The notes below the pieces were generated by a model. That model was not told the origin of the DNA and searched no databases. It worked only from the letters and a program-made list of their open reading frames with translations. Both the position numbers and the translations under genes were made by a program. From an uncultured delta proteobacterium (GTDB lineage: Bacteria > Desulfobacterota > Syntrophia > Syntrophales > UBA2185), in the NCBI GenBank assembly GCA_963729715.1, contig CAVSPA010000005.1, positions 288,001 to 352,000 of the forward strand: a DNA stretch of 64,000 bases, written 5' to 3'. Below are positions 9,199-19,168 of the stretch, one piece after another (the stretch's first letter is position 1; every line of letters starts with the position of its first letter).

Positions 9199-9852
9199 AT
9201 GGACGAGAAGCAATATTTGGTTGATGCCCTGTCGATAGAGGAATCATGGCGGATATTCCGCATCATGGCGGAATTTGTGGAAGCCATCGAAACCCTGTCC
9301 AAGGTAAAAAACGGCGTTACGATTTTTGGATCCGCAAGAGTCGGAGCTGATGATCCATACTACAAGAAGGCGGAGTATCTCGCCAGAAGGCTTGCCGAAA
9401 ATGGCTTCAGTGTAATTACAGGAGGCGGCCCCGGCATCATGGAGGCAGCCAATAAGGGAGCGGCGGAGGCAGGTGGCCAGTCGATAGGAATGAATATTCG
9501 TCTTCCCTATGAGCAGAAACCAAACCCGTACGCCAAAACTATTATCGAATATAAATATTTTTTCATCCGTAAAGTAATGTTTGTAAAATATGCCGTGGCG
9601 TATGTAATCCTCCCGGGAGGCTTCGGAACAATGGATGAGCTCTTCGAGGCCTTGACTCTTATTCAGACAAAAAGGATAAAGAGCTTTCCCGTCATACTGA
9701 TGGGCAGCGAATACTGGCAAGGCCTGATGGGCTGGATGAAAGACACCATGATCGGGAAGGACAAGATCGAACCGTGTGATCTCGAAATCATCCACATCAT
9801 TGATGACCCAGATGAAGTAGTAAAACATATAAAGAAATTTGTCATTCTCTGA
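9199..9852 (+). CDS. LOG family Rossmann-fold protein
   Basis: IFGSAR, TGGGPGIMEAANKGA, PGGFGTMDE. Confidence 0.93.
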   Translation: MDEKQYLVDALSIEESWRIFRIMAEFVEAIETLSKVKNGVTIFGSARVGADDPYYKKAEYLARRLAENGFSVITGGGPGIMEAANKGAAEAGGQSIGMNIRLPYEQKPNPYAKTIIEYKYFFIRKVMFVKYAVAYVILPGGFGTMDELFEALTLIQTKRIKSFPVILMGSEYWQGLMGWMKDTMIGKDKIEPCDLEIIHIIDDPDEVVKHIKKFVIL

Positions 9853-9909
9853 AAACTCTGCAAGTTCTCGTCTGATACCCATATCAAGATTTGATAAGAA
9901 TGGCGCCGA

Positions 9910-9933
9910 ATTGTCATATCGAGCGGAGTGAGA
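9910..9933. repeat. Short intergenic REP/MITE-like repeat, copy 1
   Basis: ATTGTCATATCGAGCGGAGTGAGA; 21/24 identical to 21294..21317. Confidence 0.45.
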
Positions 9934-10038
9934 CCTTTTGTAGTTATGCGCATTAAGACTCCTAGCTCGCATGCGGGATGAAAGACATTAAACGTATCCT
10001 CAGAATTAGACGAAGGTCACGACACAAAAGCCGGCACA

Positions 10039-11391
10039 ATGGATTTTGAAAAGATACTGATGGAATTAAAGAAGGGGAAGGCGGACCCTTCTCCCTGTTA
10101 TCTCCTGCACGGTGAAGAAAAATATCTTGTCAAAGATGCCCTGAATAAAATCATGGCCGCTCTCATCCCTGCAAGCGACAGGGATATGAATCTCTTTTTG
10201 GTGGATGGAGAGTCGGAAGACATAGACAGCATCTGCGAGACAATCCTGACGCCACCCCTCATTCCGGGAAGAAAAGTTGTTGTGCTGACAAACACCCGTC
10301 TTTTTCAAACAAAAATTGCCCTGCCGGAGATAGTACAAAAAATTCGACAGCATCTTACTAATGACCCCAACGTGGCAGTCAGGTATTTTATGCAATTCCT
10401 GAAGATCGCAGGCTGGAATATCGATGATCTCAGAGACGGCGGCTGGAAGAAAATTACTAGCGACAACTGGCAAAAGACTGTTGAAGGCGACAGCGGACAT
10501 GATAGGGCAACATGGCTACCAGAAATGATCGAGACTTGCATAAGCCACGGAGTGGATATGAGCAAGCACAGGGGGGTCGCGGAACGTCTTGAAGATACCC
10601 TGAGAAAAGGTATCCCGGCAGGCATCCATCTGATCATAACCGCAGAGACAGTAGACAAGAGGAAAAGGCTCTTCAAGACCATATCCGAGACGGGAATTAT
10701 CCTTAATTTTTCTCGGCCAAAAGGGGATGCGAAGCAGAAGAATGCCCTCATGGATATGGCAAAAAATCTCTTAGCTCAGAGTGGAAAACAACTGACGCCA
10801 GGCGCATGGATCGCTATCGGCAGGAAAACGGGCTTTGACCTTGCCGATTCCATGAAAGCTTTGGAAAAGCTTATCACCTATGCAGGTGATAAGAAATCAA
10901 TTGAAGAGTCCGATATCGAAGAGGTCGTGGGAAAAACGAAAGAAGATACGATTTTTGATTTAACGGGCGCCCTTGTCGCGAGGAAGTTGGATGTGGCGTT
11001 GTCAAATCTTAAAGATCTTTTCGATCAGGGTATAAACCATATATTGATCCTGTCAATGATAGCAAGGGAACTCAGATTTCTCCTCCATGCCAAGATGTTT
11101 CTCAGATCGGGTAAGCTTGGGTCTTTTGAGCCGAATATGGACTATGAAAAGTTTCAGAGATCCGTTTATCCGGTCATTGGAGAATGGAGGGGCGATAAAG
11201 GGGGGAAAAGCGGTCTGGATGGTCAACATCCGTACGTCATTTATAGTGCCTTAAAAAGCTCTTATCGATTCTCATACGAGCGCCTGTTGAAACATTTGGA
11301 GGACCTAGTCGATATGGACATTGCCTTCAAGACCACGACGAAGGAGCCGAAGTTTATGCTGGAGCGCTTTATTGTGAAAGTCTGTACGTAA
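10039..11391 (+). CDS. holA: DNA polymerase III delta subunit (long form)
   Basis: CYLLHGEE, DKRKRLFK, LEKLITY, IFDL, DIAFKT. Confidence 0.85.
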   Translation: MDFEKILMELKKGKADPSPCYLLHGEEKYLVKDALNKIMAALIPASDRDMNLFLVDGESEDIDSICETILTPPLIPGRKVVVLTNTRLFQTKIALPEIVQKIRQHLTNDPNVAVRYFMQFLKIAGWNIDDLRDGGWKKITSDNWQKTVEGDSGHDRATWLPEMIETCISHGVDMSKHRGVAERLEDTLRKGIPAGIHLIITAETVDKRKRLFKTISETGIILNFSRPKGDAKQKNALMDMAKNLLAQSGKQLTPGAWIAIGRKTGFDLADSMKALEKLITYAGDKKSIEESDIEEVVGKTKEDTIFDLTGALVARKLDVALSNLKDLFDQGINHILILSMIARELRFLLHAKMFLRSGKLGSFEPNMDYEKFQRSVYPVIGEWRGDKGGKSGLDGQHPYVIYSALKSSYRFSYERLLKHLEDLVDMDIAFKTTTKEPKFMLERFIVKVCT

Positions 11392-11486
11392 ATGAAACCA
11401 GCAACAGATGCCGGATCTCAGCAGTAAGAGTGAAGCTCCCCTTTTTTCACTTGCAAAATGACTTTTCTTTAAGGAGACTTTTTTCT

Positions 11487-13409
11487 ATGTCTCAAAAAAT
11501 ACCAGAATATCGTCGTAAGCTATTGATTTGTCTTCTTCTTACGTTGGTAGTGCTCGCTGCATTCTGGCAGGTTAGGAACAGCGATTTCGTCAATTTCGAT
11601 GACCCGAGGTGCACCACAGAAAACCTGCATATACAGGGCGGATTGAATCCGGAATTTCTGAAATGGGCCTTCACGACGAGTCATGCCGGCTACTGGCAGC
11701 CCCTTACCTGGTTGTCCTTCGCGATGGATTATCAGCTGTTCGGACTCAATGCAGGAGGATACCACATCGTCAATCTTCTCTTGCATATAGTCAACACCTT
11801 ATTGTTGTTTCTAATTTTCAACCGCATGACCCACGCTCTGTGGAAAAGCGCCTTTATGGCTGCTCTATTCGCCCTTCATCCCATCCATGTGGAGTCTGTG
11901 GCCTGGATAGCTGAGAGAAAGGATGTTCTCAGCGCCTTCTTCTGGATGCTCACGATGGGAGCTTATGTCCTCTATGCGGAGAAGCCGGGAGTGAGGAAAT
12001 ATCTGCTCACCATTGTATTGTTTTCCTTCGGACTCATGGTGAAGCCAATGCTGGTTAGTCTGCCATGTGTGCTGTTAGTACTCGATTACTGGCCGCTGGG
12101 CCGCCTTCGCTTCAATGACTCCCTTGATGTTCCAAAAATACCAGAATCAAAAAAAGAAAAGAAGAGTGCGAGAAAAATCTCAGCTTCAGCTAGAAGCAAA
12201 GAGGCCACGCTACCGGAGCAGTCACAGTTTTTACAAAGGTTATGGCCTGTCATACGAGAAAAAATCCCTTTCTTTGCCCTCTCGGCTATCTCAAGTATTG
12301 TGACTGCCATAGGGCAACAAAAGGCGGGGGCGATGGAATCTCTCGAAATACTTCCCATCGCCACACGAATCGGCAATGCCTTGATCTCTTATATACGTTA
12401 CATCGGAATGACCATATACCCGCACGGTCTGGCCGTGTTTTATCCATATAGGGGAACGATTTCACCATGGGAAGTCTTCCTTGCCGCTGCATTCTTATTA
12501 ATCGCAACCTTAATGATCTTTCGATGGGCAGCAAAGATGCCCTATCTTGTCATGGGATGGTTATGGTACCTGGGAACACTCGTTCCTGTAATCGGCATAA
12601 TACAGGTGGGAATGCAGTCTATGGCAGATCGATATACCTATATTCCGATAATCGGTCTTTTTGTGGCAACCACGTGGGCGGTACCTGATATCACAAGAAA
12701 TTGGCGTTATCGGCAATACATACTTTCCGCCGGAGCAGTAATTGTTTTATCAGCTTTAATGTTCTCAACCCGGATGCAGGTCAAGTACTGGCAAAACAGT
12801 ATCACTCTTTTTGAGCATGCCATTCAGGTTACGGATAATAATTATCTGGCGCACAACAACCTGGGGGTTGCTTTGAGCAGCACTGGAAAAAGAGAAGAAG
12901 CCATGGCGCAATATAGAGAGGCTATCAGAATAAAACCAAACTATGAAAATGCCATCTTCAATTTAGCAAATAACTTATCTGCACAAGGCAGGACTGATGA
13001 GGCTATTCTATGTTATCAAGAAGCTCTTAGGCTACGGCCAAATTATGCCAAGGCACATAACAATCTTGCAACACTGTTAATTTCAAAGAAGATGTTTAAG
13101 GAAGCAATTGGTCACTACCAGGAAGCACTCAAAACCGATCCAACAAATTCGGCTACGCACTATAACCTGGGAGCAGCCTGGCTGTCGATTGATCACTTTG
13201 AGGATGCCGTTGGTCAGTTCCAGGAAGCAGTAAGAATCAATCCCCGATTTAGTCAAGCTCACAACGCCTGGGGGATAGCCCTAGCCCGATCGGGGAAGAC
13301 TGCTGAGGCCATCAACCATTTCAGGGAGGCTCTACGAATAAAACCTAATTTTAGAGAAGCAAATGACAACCTGAGGGCAGCATTGGCGCAACAGAATATG
13401 CGTCGTTGA
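11487..13409 (+). CDS. TMTC-like GT-C membrane glycosyltransferase with C-terminal TPRs (paralog 1)
   Basis: NFDD, WQPLTW, HPIHVESVAWIAERKD, ADRYTY, then TPR repeats (AHNNLG); SD AAGGAG before ATG 11487. Confidence 0.85.
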   Translation: MSQKIPEYRRKLLICLLLTLVVLAAFWQVRNSDFVNFDDPRCTTENLHIQGGLNPEFLKWAFTTSHAGYWQPLTWLSFAMDYQLFGLNAGGYHIVNLLLHIVNTLLLFLIFNRMTHALWKSAFMAALFALHPIHVESVAWIAERKDVLSAFFWMLTMGAYVLYAEKPGVRKYLLTIVLFSFGLMVKPMLVSLPCVLLVLDYWPLGRLRFNDSLDVPKIPESKKEKKSARKISASARSKEATLPEQSQFLQRLWPVIREKIPFFALSAISSIVTAIGQQKAGAMESLEILPIATRIGNALISYIRYIGMTIYPHGLAVFYPYRGTISPWEVFLAAAFLLIATLMIFRWAAKMPYLVMGWLWYLGTLVPVIGIIQVGMQSMADRYTYIPIIGLFVATTWAVPDITRNWRYRQYILSAGAVIVLSALMFSTRMQVKYWQNSITLFEHAIQVTDNNYLAHNNLGVALSSTGKREEAMAQYREAIRIKPNYENAIFNLANNLSAQGRTDEAILCYQEALRLRPNYAKAHNNLATLLISKKMFKEAIGHYQEALKTDPTNSATHYNLGAAWLSIDHFEDAVGQFQEAVRINPRFSQAHNAWGIALARSGKTAEAINHFREALRIKPNFREANDNLRAALAQQNMRR

Positions 13410-13555
13410 CATTATTTCTAGGCCCATTACCGGAGAAATCAAAGTTTTCAATGAAGCGCTTAACCGAGACTGTCTGGACATGAACTAACCAGGTAAGAAT
13501 ACTAAAGATTACCGTCAGGAGCGAAGTCCTCTATTCTACTTCTAAATAATCCTTA

Positions 13556-13696
13556 TTTAAGGACTTCTTTTGTCTCTCAAGAAATACCAAACTATTGTAG
13601 CCAGCTTCTGATTTGTCTCTTTCTCACTTTTGAAGTACCTGCTACATTCTGGCAGGTCATCCTTATCAACATGTCGTGATTGACGACCCAGATGCG
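13556..13696 (+). pseudogene. Decayed 5' fragment of a TMTC-like paralog
   Basis: Translates SQEIPNYCSQLLICLFLTFEVPATFWQV versus SQKIPEYRRKLLICLLLTLVVLAAFWQV of the upstream gene; start codon lost, frame broken before GACGACCCA (DDP). Confidence 0.75.
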
Positions 13697-13804
13697 ATGA
13701 AAAATTCAAACGCAGTAATAAGGTCAATTCAAGCGCATAGCATGTAGAGATGTAGCACTAATCTTAAAAATCAAAAAAGAGGAAATCTGCTTAATCAGTC
13801 AAAC

Positions 13805-14341
13805 TCAAAGTTTCCGCATTCTATCCATTGCTGACTTTTTCCTCCGGGAAAGTCTCCTAGATGGGCCTTTCTTCTTTGCTGGTCCCCTTGTTGCATCGGC
13901 TTCTTCTTTATCTGATCGTTCGGCCTCATGGCAGGCATGGCCAGTCATCGCGGTTTTCGCCCTCTCCATCAGCTCATCAAAATCATGGGATGAAATTGCT
14001 GTTCCCCCTCGGTGACTGACAAAATCGGCAATGTCCCTGTCCGACGTGACAACAACCAGTTCTTCCGCCCTTCCCTGAACCATGCGTTTGATGACTTCAT
14101 CTGCTTTCTCACCTTTTCGGGAATATATGATGTCTATCCCTGAAAGTTTATCCCTTTCTTCCTCGACAGGTCCACCTTGCCAGCCGTCGAAAACGATGGT
14201 AACCTTGTGTCCTCTCTGTTTCTTGTAACGGGATACACTTCTTGCCAGGGCATTTCTGCCCGCCTCCAGGCTTAGTCTCTCATATCGCCTCAGTGCATCG
14301 GATTGCCTTATCAGATTGTAACCGTCAATTATGATGTGCAA
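13805..14341 (-). CDS. NYN/YacP (Rae1-like) PIN-fold ribonuclease
   Basis: IIDGYNL, VFDG, ADEVI, VVTSD; probable TTG start at 14341. Confidence 0.9.
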   Translation of the reverse strand: MHIIIDGYNLIRQSDALRRYERLSLEAGRNALARSVSRYKKQRGHKVTIVFDGWQGGPVEEERDKLSGIDIIYSRKGEKADEVIKRMVQGRAEELVVVTSDRDIADFVSHRGGTAISSHDFDELMERAKTAMTGHACHEAERSDKEEADATRGPAKKKGPSRRLSRRKKSAMDRMRKL

Positions 14342-14814
14342 GATGGATGGTACCTGCTTTATTTCGTTATCGATAATTTCGGACAGGAAGAATGATCCAT
14401 TTGCCACGCCGCTCGCGAGCACCTTGTGTCAAATTATTTATTTTTTTATTGTAATCCGCTTTTTTCTTGACCTCGACACCGCGATTCTGCTATTTTCCGC
14501 TTGTTTTTATATTAGAAAGTTCTTTGCAGGTCAGTTTCTTTCTTAACAACTTCTGCAGGTAAGTGTCAACAGAATACGCTACCCCGTAACGATGAAGATT
14601 AAGATGTCCATGAACCTTCGGTATTAGTTTAGATTCCTGATGCAAATGATTCCTCATGAGCAGAGGCAATGAGTGGAAACAGATGTCTTTGTATAAAGCG
14701 TAAGCTTCAAGGTATGTCCGTCGACTACCTCATTGTTGACGGAGCTCCCAAGACCAGTACGGGTAGGATTAGTATAATTCGACTTAGAAAATTATATGCC
14801 TAGGAGGACAAGAA

Positions 14815-15957
14815 ATGGATTTTGAATTGAACGATGAACTGAAGATGCTGAAGGAGATGTCATACAAATTTGCCCAGGCCGAATTTACCGGGATATCCCA
14901 CGAATGTGACGAGGGAGAGAAATACACTCCGGACATTCGCAGAAAGGCCGCTGAAAATGGTCTCATCGGGGCCTGGATTTCCGAAGAATATGGTGGCGCG
15001 GGAGCAGGTTTTTTAGGCAATGCCATCATCATGGAAGAATTGTCCAAGGTGGATATGGGGATCGCCTTGAATGTCGTTGCCGCCACATTCGGCTGCGAAT
15101 CCATAGTACACTTCGGGTCGGAAGAGCAAAAAAAGACCTATCTCCCTCCCGTATGCAGGGGTGAACAGGTAAGTGCGGGGGCATTTACGGAGCCCAACGC
15201 CGGCACAGATGTGGCAGGATACAGAACTAAGGCTGTTAAAGACGGAAATAACTACGTCATCAGCGGAAATAAGATGTTCATAACCAATGGAAGCGTCTGT
15301 GACTTCATGGTAGCCCAGTGCATTACCAACCCGGAGGAAAAAAAGCACAACAGCTTCAGCCTTATTATCGTTCGTGCCGATACCCCGGGAATAACGAGAA
15401 ACAAGATCCATGGAAAAATGGGTATCCGTTCCAGTGACACGGCAGAAATCGCTTTCGAAGATGTGCGGGTTCCCCGGACTAACCTGGTTGGCAAGGAAGG
15501 AAACGGCTTCCGGCAGTTGATGCATTTCTTTGATACAACAAGAGTGATGGTTGCCGCCCAGGCCCTCGGCCTCTCCGAAGCCTGTCTGGAAACGAGCATC
15601 AAGTATGTCAAGGAAAGAACGGCTTTTGGAGCCCCCCTGGGTTCCTACCAGTTGACCCAGATGAAACTGACGGAGATGGCGATCAAGGTAGAGGCTCTAC
15701 GGGGTCTTATTTATAGATCGGCATGGCTTCTTGATGAGGGCAGGCCGGACTACACTCTGGCTGCGATGGCAAAATATTACGGAGGTCAGACGGCGGTCTT
15801 CTGTGCGAACTACGCCGTGGAATTGCACGGCGGGTATGGTTACATCGATGAGTACAGCGTCCAGAAATGGTACCGTGACGCTAAGATTCTCGAACTTTAC
15901 GAAGGAACCAAAGAAGCTGAAATCATGACCATCGGCAGGATACTGCAGACACGGTAG
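14815..15957 (+). CDS. Acyl-CoA dehydrogenase
   Basis: FTEPNAGTD, GNKMFITNG, KMGIRSSDT, LHGGYGY, YEGT. Confidence 0.96.
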   Translation: MDFELNDELKMLKEMSYKFAQAEFTGISHECDEGEKYTPDIRRKAAENGLIGAWISEEYGGAGAGFLGNAIIMEELSKVDMGIALNVVAATFGCESIVHFGSEEQKKTYLPPVCRGEQVSAGAFTEPNAGTDVAGYRTKAVKDGNNYVISGNKMFITNGSVCDFMVAQCITNPEEKKHNSFSLIIVRADTPGITRNKIHGKMGIRSSDTAEIAFEDVRVPRTNLVGKEGNGFRQLMHFFDTTRVMVAAQALGLSEACLETSIKYVKERTAFGAPLGSYQLTQMKLTEMAIKVEALRGLIYRSAWLLDEGRPDYTLAAMAKYYGGQTAVFCANYAVELHGGYGYIDEYSVQKWYRDAKILELYEGTKEAEIMTIGRILQTR

Positions 15958-15963
15958 TCATTC

Positions 15964-16010
15964 AAAAAATGCCCCCATCCCCGCCTTGACATATGGGGAT
16001 AGGGGCATTT
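15964..16010. terminator. Bidirectional hairpin between convergent genes
   Basis: AAATGCCCCCATCCCC...GGGGATAGGGGCATTT. Confidence 0.7.
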
Positions 16011-16027
16011 CCAATTTTGAGTGGAAA

Positions 16028-16687
16028 TCAACCGCCTATTTGGCCTTTCATGGCGCTGATGGCATGAGCATAGTCTCCACTCCCGAAAACAGCGGCACCC
16101 GAGACTATGACGTCTGCACCGGCTTCGGCAACCAATCTGATATTATCGAGAGTAATGCCGCCATCAACTTCAATGGCGACATCCGGTGAAATGGCATTCA
16201 CCATATCCCTGGCTTGCCCTATCTTCGTGAGGATACGCTCTATGAATTTCTGTCCTCCGAATCCGGGATTGACGGACATAACAAGAAGGAGATCAACGTC
16301 TTTCAGAATCGGTTCAACCTGAACGAGCGGCGTGGCAGGATTAAGAGACACACCCGCCTTGACGCCCCTTTCCTTTATCTGGGCAATTGTCCTGTGGAGG
16401 TGCAATGCCGCCTCGACGTGAACTGTTATGATATCACTCCCAGCTTCGGCAAAGGAGTCTATATAACGTTCCGGATTTGAAATCATGAGATGCACGTCAA
16501 GAGGAAGTCTCGTGATCTTTCGCAGCCATTTTACCGGATTTGGCCCGATTGTGATATTTGGAACGAAATGACCATCCATTACATCCACGTGTATCCAGTC
16601 GGCGCCCGCCGCTTCCACGGCCATGATTTCTTCGCCAAGCCTGCTGAAGTCAGCAGAAAGAATGGAGGGGGCAATCTTTTTCACCAC
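16028..16687 (-). CDS. rpe: Ribulose-phosphate 3-epimerase
   Basis: IAPSILSADF, HVDVMDGHFVPN, MSVNPGFGGQ, VDGG. Confidence 0.98.
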   Translation of the reverse strand: MVKKIAPSILSADFSRLGEEIMAVEAAGADWIHVDVMDGHFVPNITIGPNPVKWLRKITRLPLDVHLMISNPERYIDSFAEAGSDIITVHVEAALHLHRTIAQIKERGVKAGVSLNPATPLVQVEPILKDVDLLLVMSVNPGFGGQKFIERILTKIGQARDMVNAISPDVAIEVDGGITLDNIRLVAEAGADVIVSGAAVFGSGDYAHAISAMKGQIGG

Positions 16688-16884
16688 ATGCCTTCTTTTC
16701 CGTTCTCTTGAAACTTATGAGAAAATGTGTTTTGCGTTACTTTTAAAAGAGGAGCACTGACAGAATGTCTGTACACCATCAATGATGACCTGTCAATAAT
16801 TACTGAACGGTAGAAAAGACCCTTGACAAAATAATTGCAACAGCCCATGCTTTCGGCAAAATAGCAAATATATAATTGCAATCA

Positions 16885-18180
16885 ATGTACCTACTTTACA
16901 ACATTCTTCTAGTCATGGCTGCCCTGCTCGCTCTCCCTTACTATGCGATTAAAATGACGCTTACGGGAAAATACAGAAAGAGCATGGGGCCGAAGTTCGG
17001 GCTTGTGAGGCCTTCAATCTTTGCGGAGATGAAGGGTAGCCCCAGGATATGGATACATGCCGTTTCTGTCGGTGAGGTAACTGCTGCGGCACCGATTGTC
17101 GCTTCTTTAAGAACGCACTTCCCTGAAGCCTGTATTGTACTGTCCACCAGCACGGAAACCGGTCAGGATATGGCCAGAAGGATCGTCGCCGGAGCGACGT
17201 CTTTCATATACTATCCTCTTGATATACCATTTGTCGTAAGAAAGATGATCACGAAGGTGAGACCTGACATATTTATCCTGACAGAGACGGAACTCTGGCC
17301 CAATTTTATTAGGGTGTGTAAAAAGCAGGGTGTGAAGGTTATAATGGTTAACGGTCGCATCTCTCAGCGCTCATATCAGAGGTATGCCCTGACGAAGTTC
17401 TTCTGGAAAGACGTTATAAATTTGATCGATGAGATGGGTGTGATTTCCATAATTGACGCCGAGAGGTTGATGGCTATTGGAATGGCTCGATCGAGAGTTC
17501 ATATCATGGGAAATGCAAAGTACGACAGTCTGGCAGCGAAGGCAACACTCCCTGTCCGGGAAGAGATGGAAAGAAGGCTGAACCTGACCGCAATGGACAG
17601 GGTCTTCGTGGCGGGAAGCACGCATGACGGCGAAGAGAAAATCATCCTCCATGTTTACGGGCGCATCCTTGAGACATACCCTGATTTCAAATTGATAATC
17701 ATCCCCCGGCACCCTGAAAGAGGTCATACAGTCCTGTCCTTGGTCAAGGAGGCTGGCTTTGAGGATTGTATGACGATGACCGAAATCGCGGGAGGCAGGC
17801 AGCGAACCGGTGAACGTGTCATTGTAATTGATGTAATCGGCGAACTCTTCAAAATATACTCTCTCGCTTCTGTGGTCTTCTGCGGCGGTTCCCTTGTCCC
17901 AAAGGGCGGGCAGAACATCCTCGAACCTGCCGCATGGGGCAGGGTCATCTTTTATGGACCTTCCATGGATGATTTCAAGGATGAGAGGGAACTGTTTGAA
18001 AAGGCCGGAGCTGGAATAACGGTGAGAAGCGGCGAAGAATTACTCGCAGGTATACTGGCGCTCGTGTCTAATCCTGACACGCTTGCCAGAAGGGGAGAGG
18101 AGGGGCGAAGGATTGTGGTTTCCAATATGGGGGCCGCAGATAGATACGCCGAGATGGTTAGGTCACACATTGGGAAATAG
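16885..18180 (+). CDS. waaA: Kdo transferase
   Basis: WIHAVSVGE, ETELWPN, GSTH, PRHPER, GGQNILEP. Confidence 0.96.
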   Translation: MYLLYNILLVMAALLALPYYAIKMTLTGKYRKSMGPKFGLVRPSIFAEMKGSPRIWIHAVSVGEVTAAAPIVASLRTHFPEACIVLSTSTETGQDMARRIVAGATSFIYYPLDIPFVVRKMITKVRPDIFILTETELWPNFIRVCKKQGVKVIMVNGRISQRSYQRYALTKFFWKDVINLIDEMGVISIIDAERLMAIGMARSRVHIMGNAKYDSLAAKATLPVREEMERRLNLTAMDRVFVAGSTHDGEEKIILHVYGRILETYPDFKLIIIPRHPERGHTVLSLVKEAGFEDCMTMTEIAGGRQRTGERVIVIDVIGELFKIYSLASVVFCGGSLVPKGGQNILEPAAWGRVIFYGPSMDDFKDERELFEKAGAGITVRSGEELLAGILALVSNPDTLARRGEEGRRIVVSNMGAADRYAEMVRSHIGK

Positions 18181-18264
18181 ATTGTCGATCTACGTATTCA
18201 ATATGTGATAATGATAAATCATCAACCACGCTGAAATAGATCCCACCCTTTGATTAAGACAGTA

Positions 18265-19164
18265 TCAGCCCTCGGCCCGATTAAGGTACTCATTCCATCT
18301 GGTGTCAACCCACCTCTGGAGCTGCCTCAGTTGCTCAATGCTCATCTTCCGGAATCGCCCCTGTCTTTCCACGTAATTGATGACAGACAGCTTATTCCCT
18401 TTTTCCGCAAGTGTCTTACTTCTCCCGGTAAAGCGAAATTTGCCATCCTCAATCTCGAAGAGGACGACGATCCCCGTTTCTACGGCAAGCCTCCCGATAC
18501 GCACGGTGTCCTTGGGCGCATAACCCCATCCCGGCGGGCAGGGGACGGCGATCTGCACGTACCTCGCTCCCTTGATGCGCTTGGCCTTGACAAATTTATC
18601 GTACAGGTCAATCGGATAGGCCGATGAAGTGGTGGCGAGATAAGGTAGGTCGTGGGCTTCCATGATTCGCAGCATATCCTTCTTGGGTTGCTGCTTGGTG
18701 AGCACCGGCGTGGTAGAGGTCAATGCCCCCATGGGCGTGGCACTAGAGCGCTGTGTGCCCGTGTTCATATACCCCTCGTTGTCGTAGCATACATAGATGA
18801 AGTCCGTTCCTCTTTCGGCCGCCCCGCTCAGGGCCTGAATTCCCATGTCGAAAGTACCGCCGTCTCCGGCGATGGCCACGACAGTAATATCCGTGCGGTT
18901 CACAGCATTCAAGCCGGCGACAAGACCAGAAGCGGAGGCAGCCGTACTGGCGAATGTGCAATTGAGGGCGGGAATAGTCACGGATGTCGTCGGATACAGA
19001 CCGTGGAGAACTGTCAGGCAGCAGGCCGGAAATGTCACAATCGTATTTTCACGCAGTGCTTTTAGAACATAGCGATATGCGAGGGAGAGGCCGCAACCCT
19101 GGCAAGCTCTCTGCCCCGGGAGCATATACTCTTCAATATTAACCTTGAACAGGTTCTCTGGCAT
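18265..19164 (-). CDS. porB: 2-oxoacid:ferredoxin oxidoreductase beta subunit (POR/VOR type)
   Basis: ACQGCG, TPP motif GDGGTFD...YDNEGYMNTG, PCPPGW. Substrate not established. Confidence 0.93.
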   Translation of the reverse strand: MPENLFKVNIEEYMLPGQRACQGCGLSLAYRYVLKALRENTIVTFPACCLTVLHGLYPTTSVTIPALNCTFASTAASASGLVAGLNAVNRTDITVVAIAGDGGTFDMGIQALSGAAERGTDFIYVCYDNEGYMNTGTQRSSATPMGALTSTTPVLTKQQPKKDMLRIMEAHDLPYLATTSSAYPIDLYDKFVKAKRIKGARYVQIAVPCPPGWGYAPKDTVRIGRLAVETGIVVLFEIEDGKFRFTGRSKTLAEKGNKLSVINYVERQGRFRKMSIEQLRQLQRWVDTRWNEYLNRAEG

Positions 19165-19168
19165 ATTA

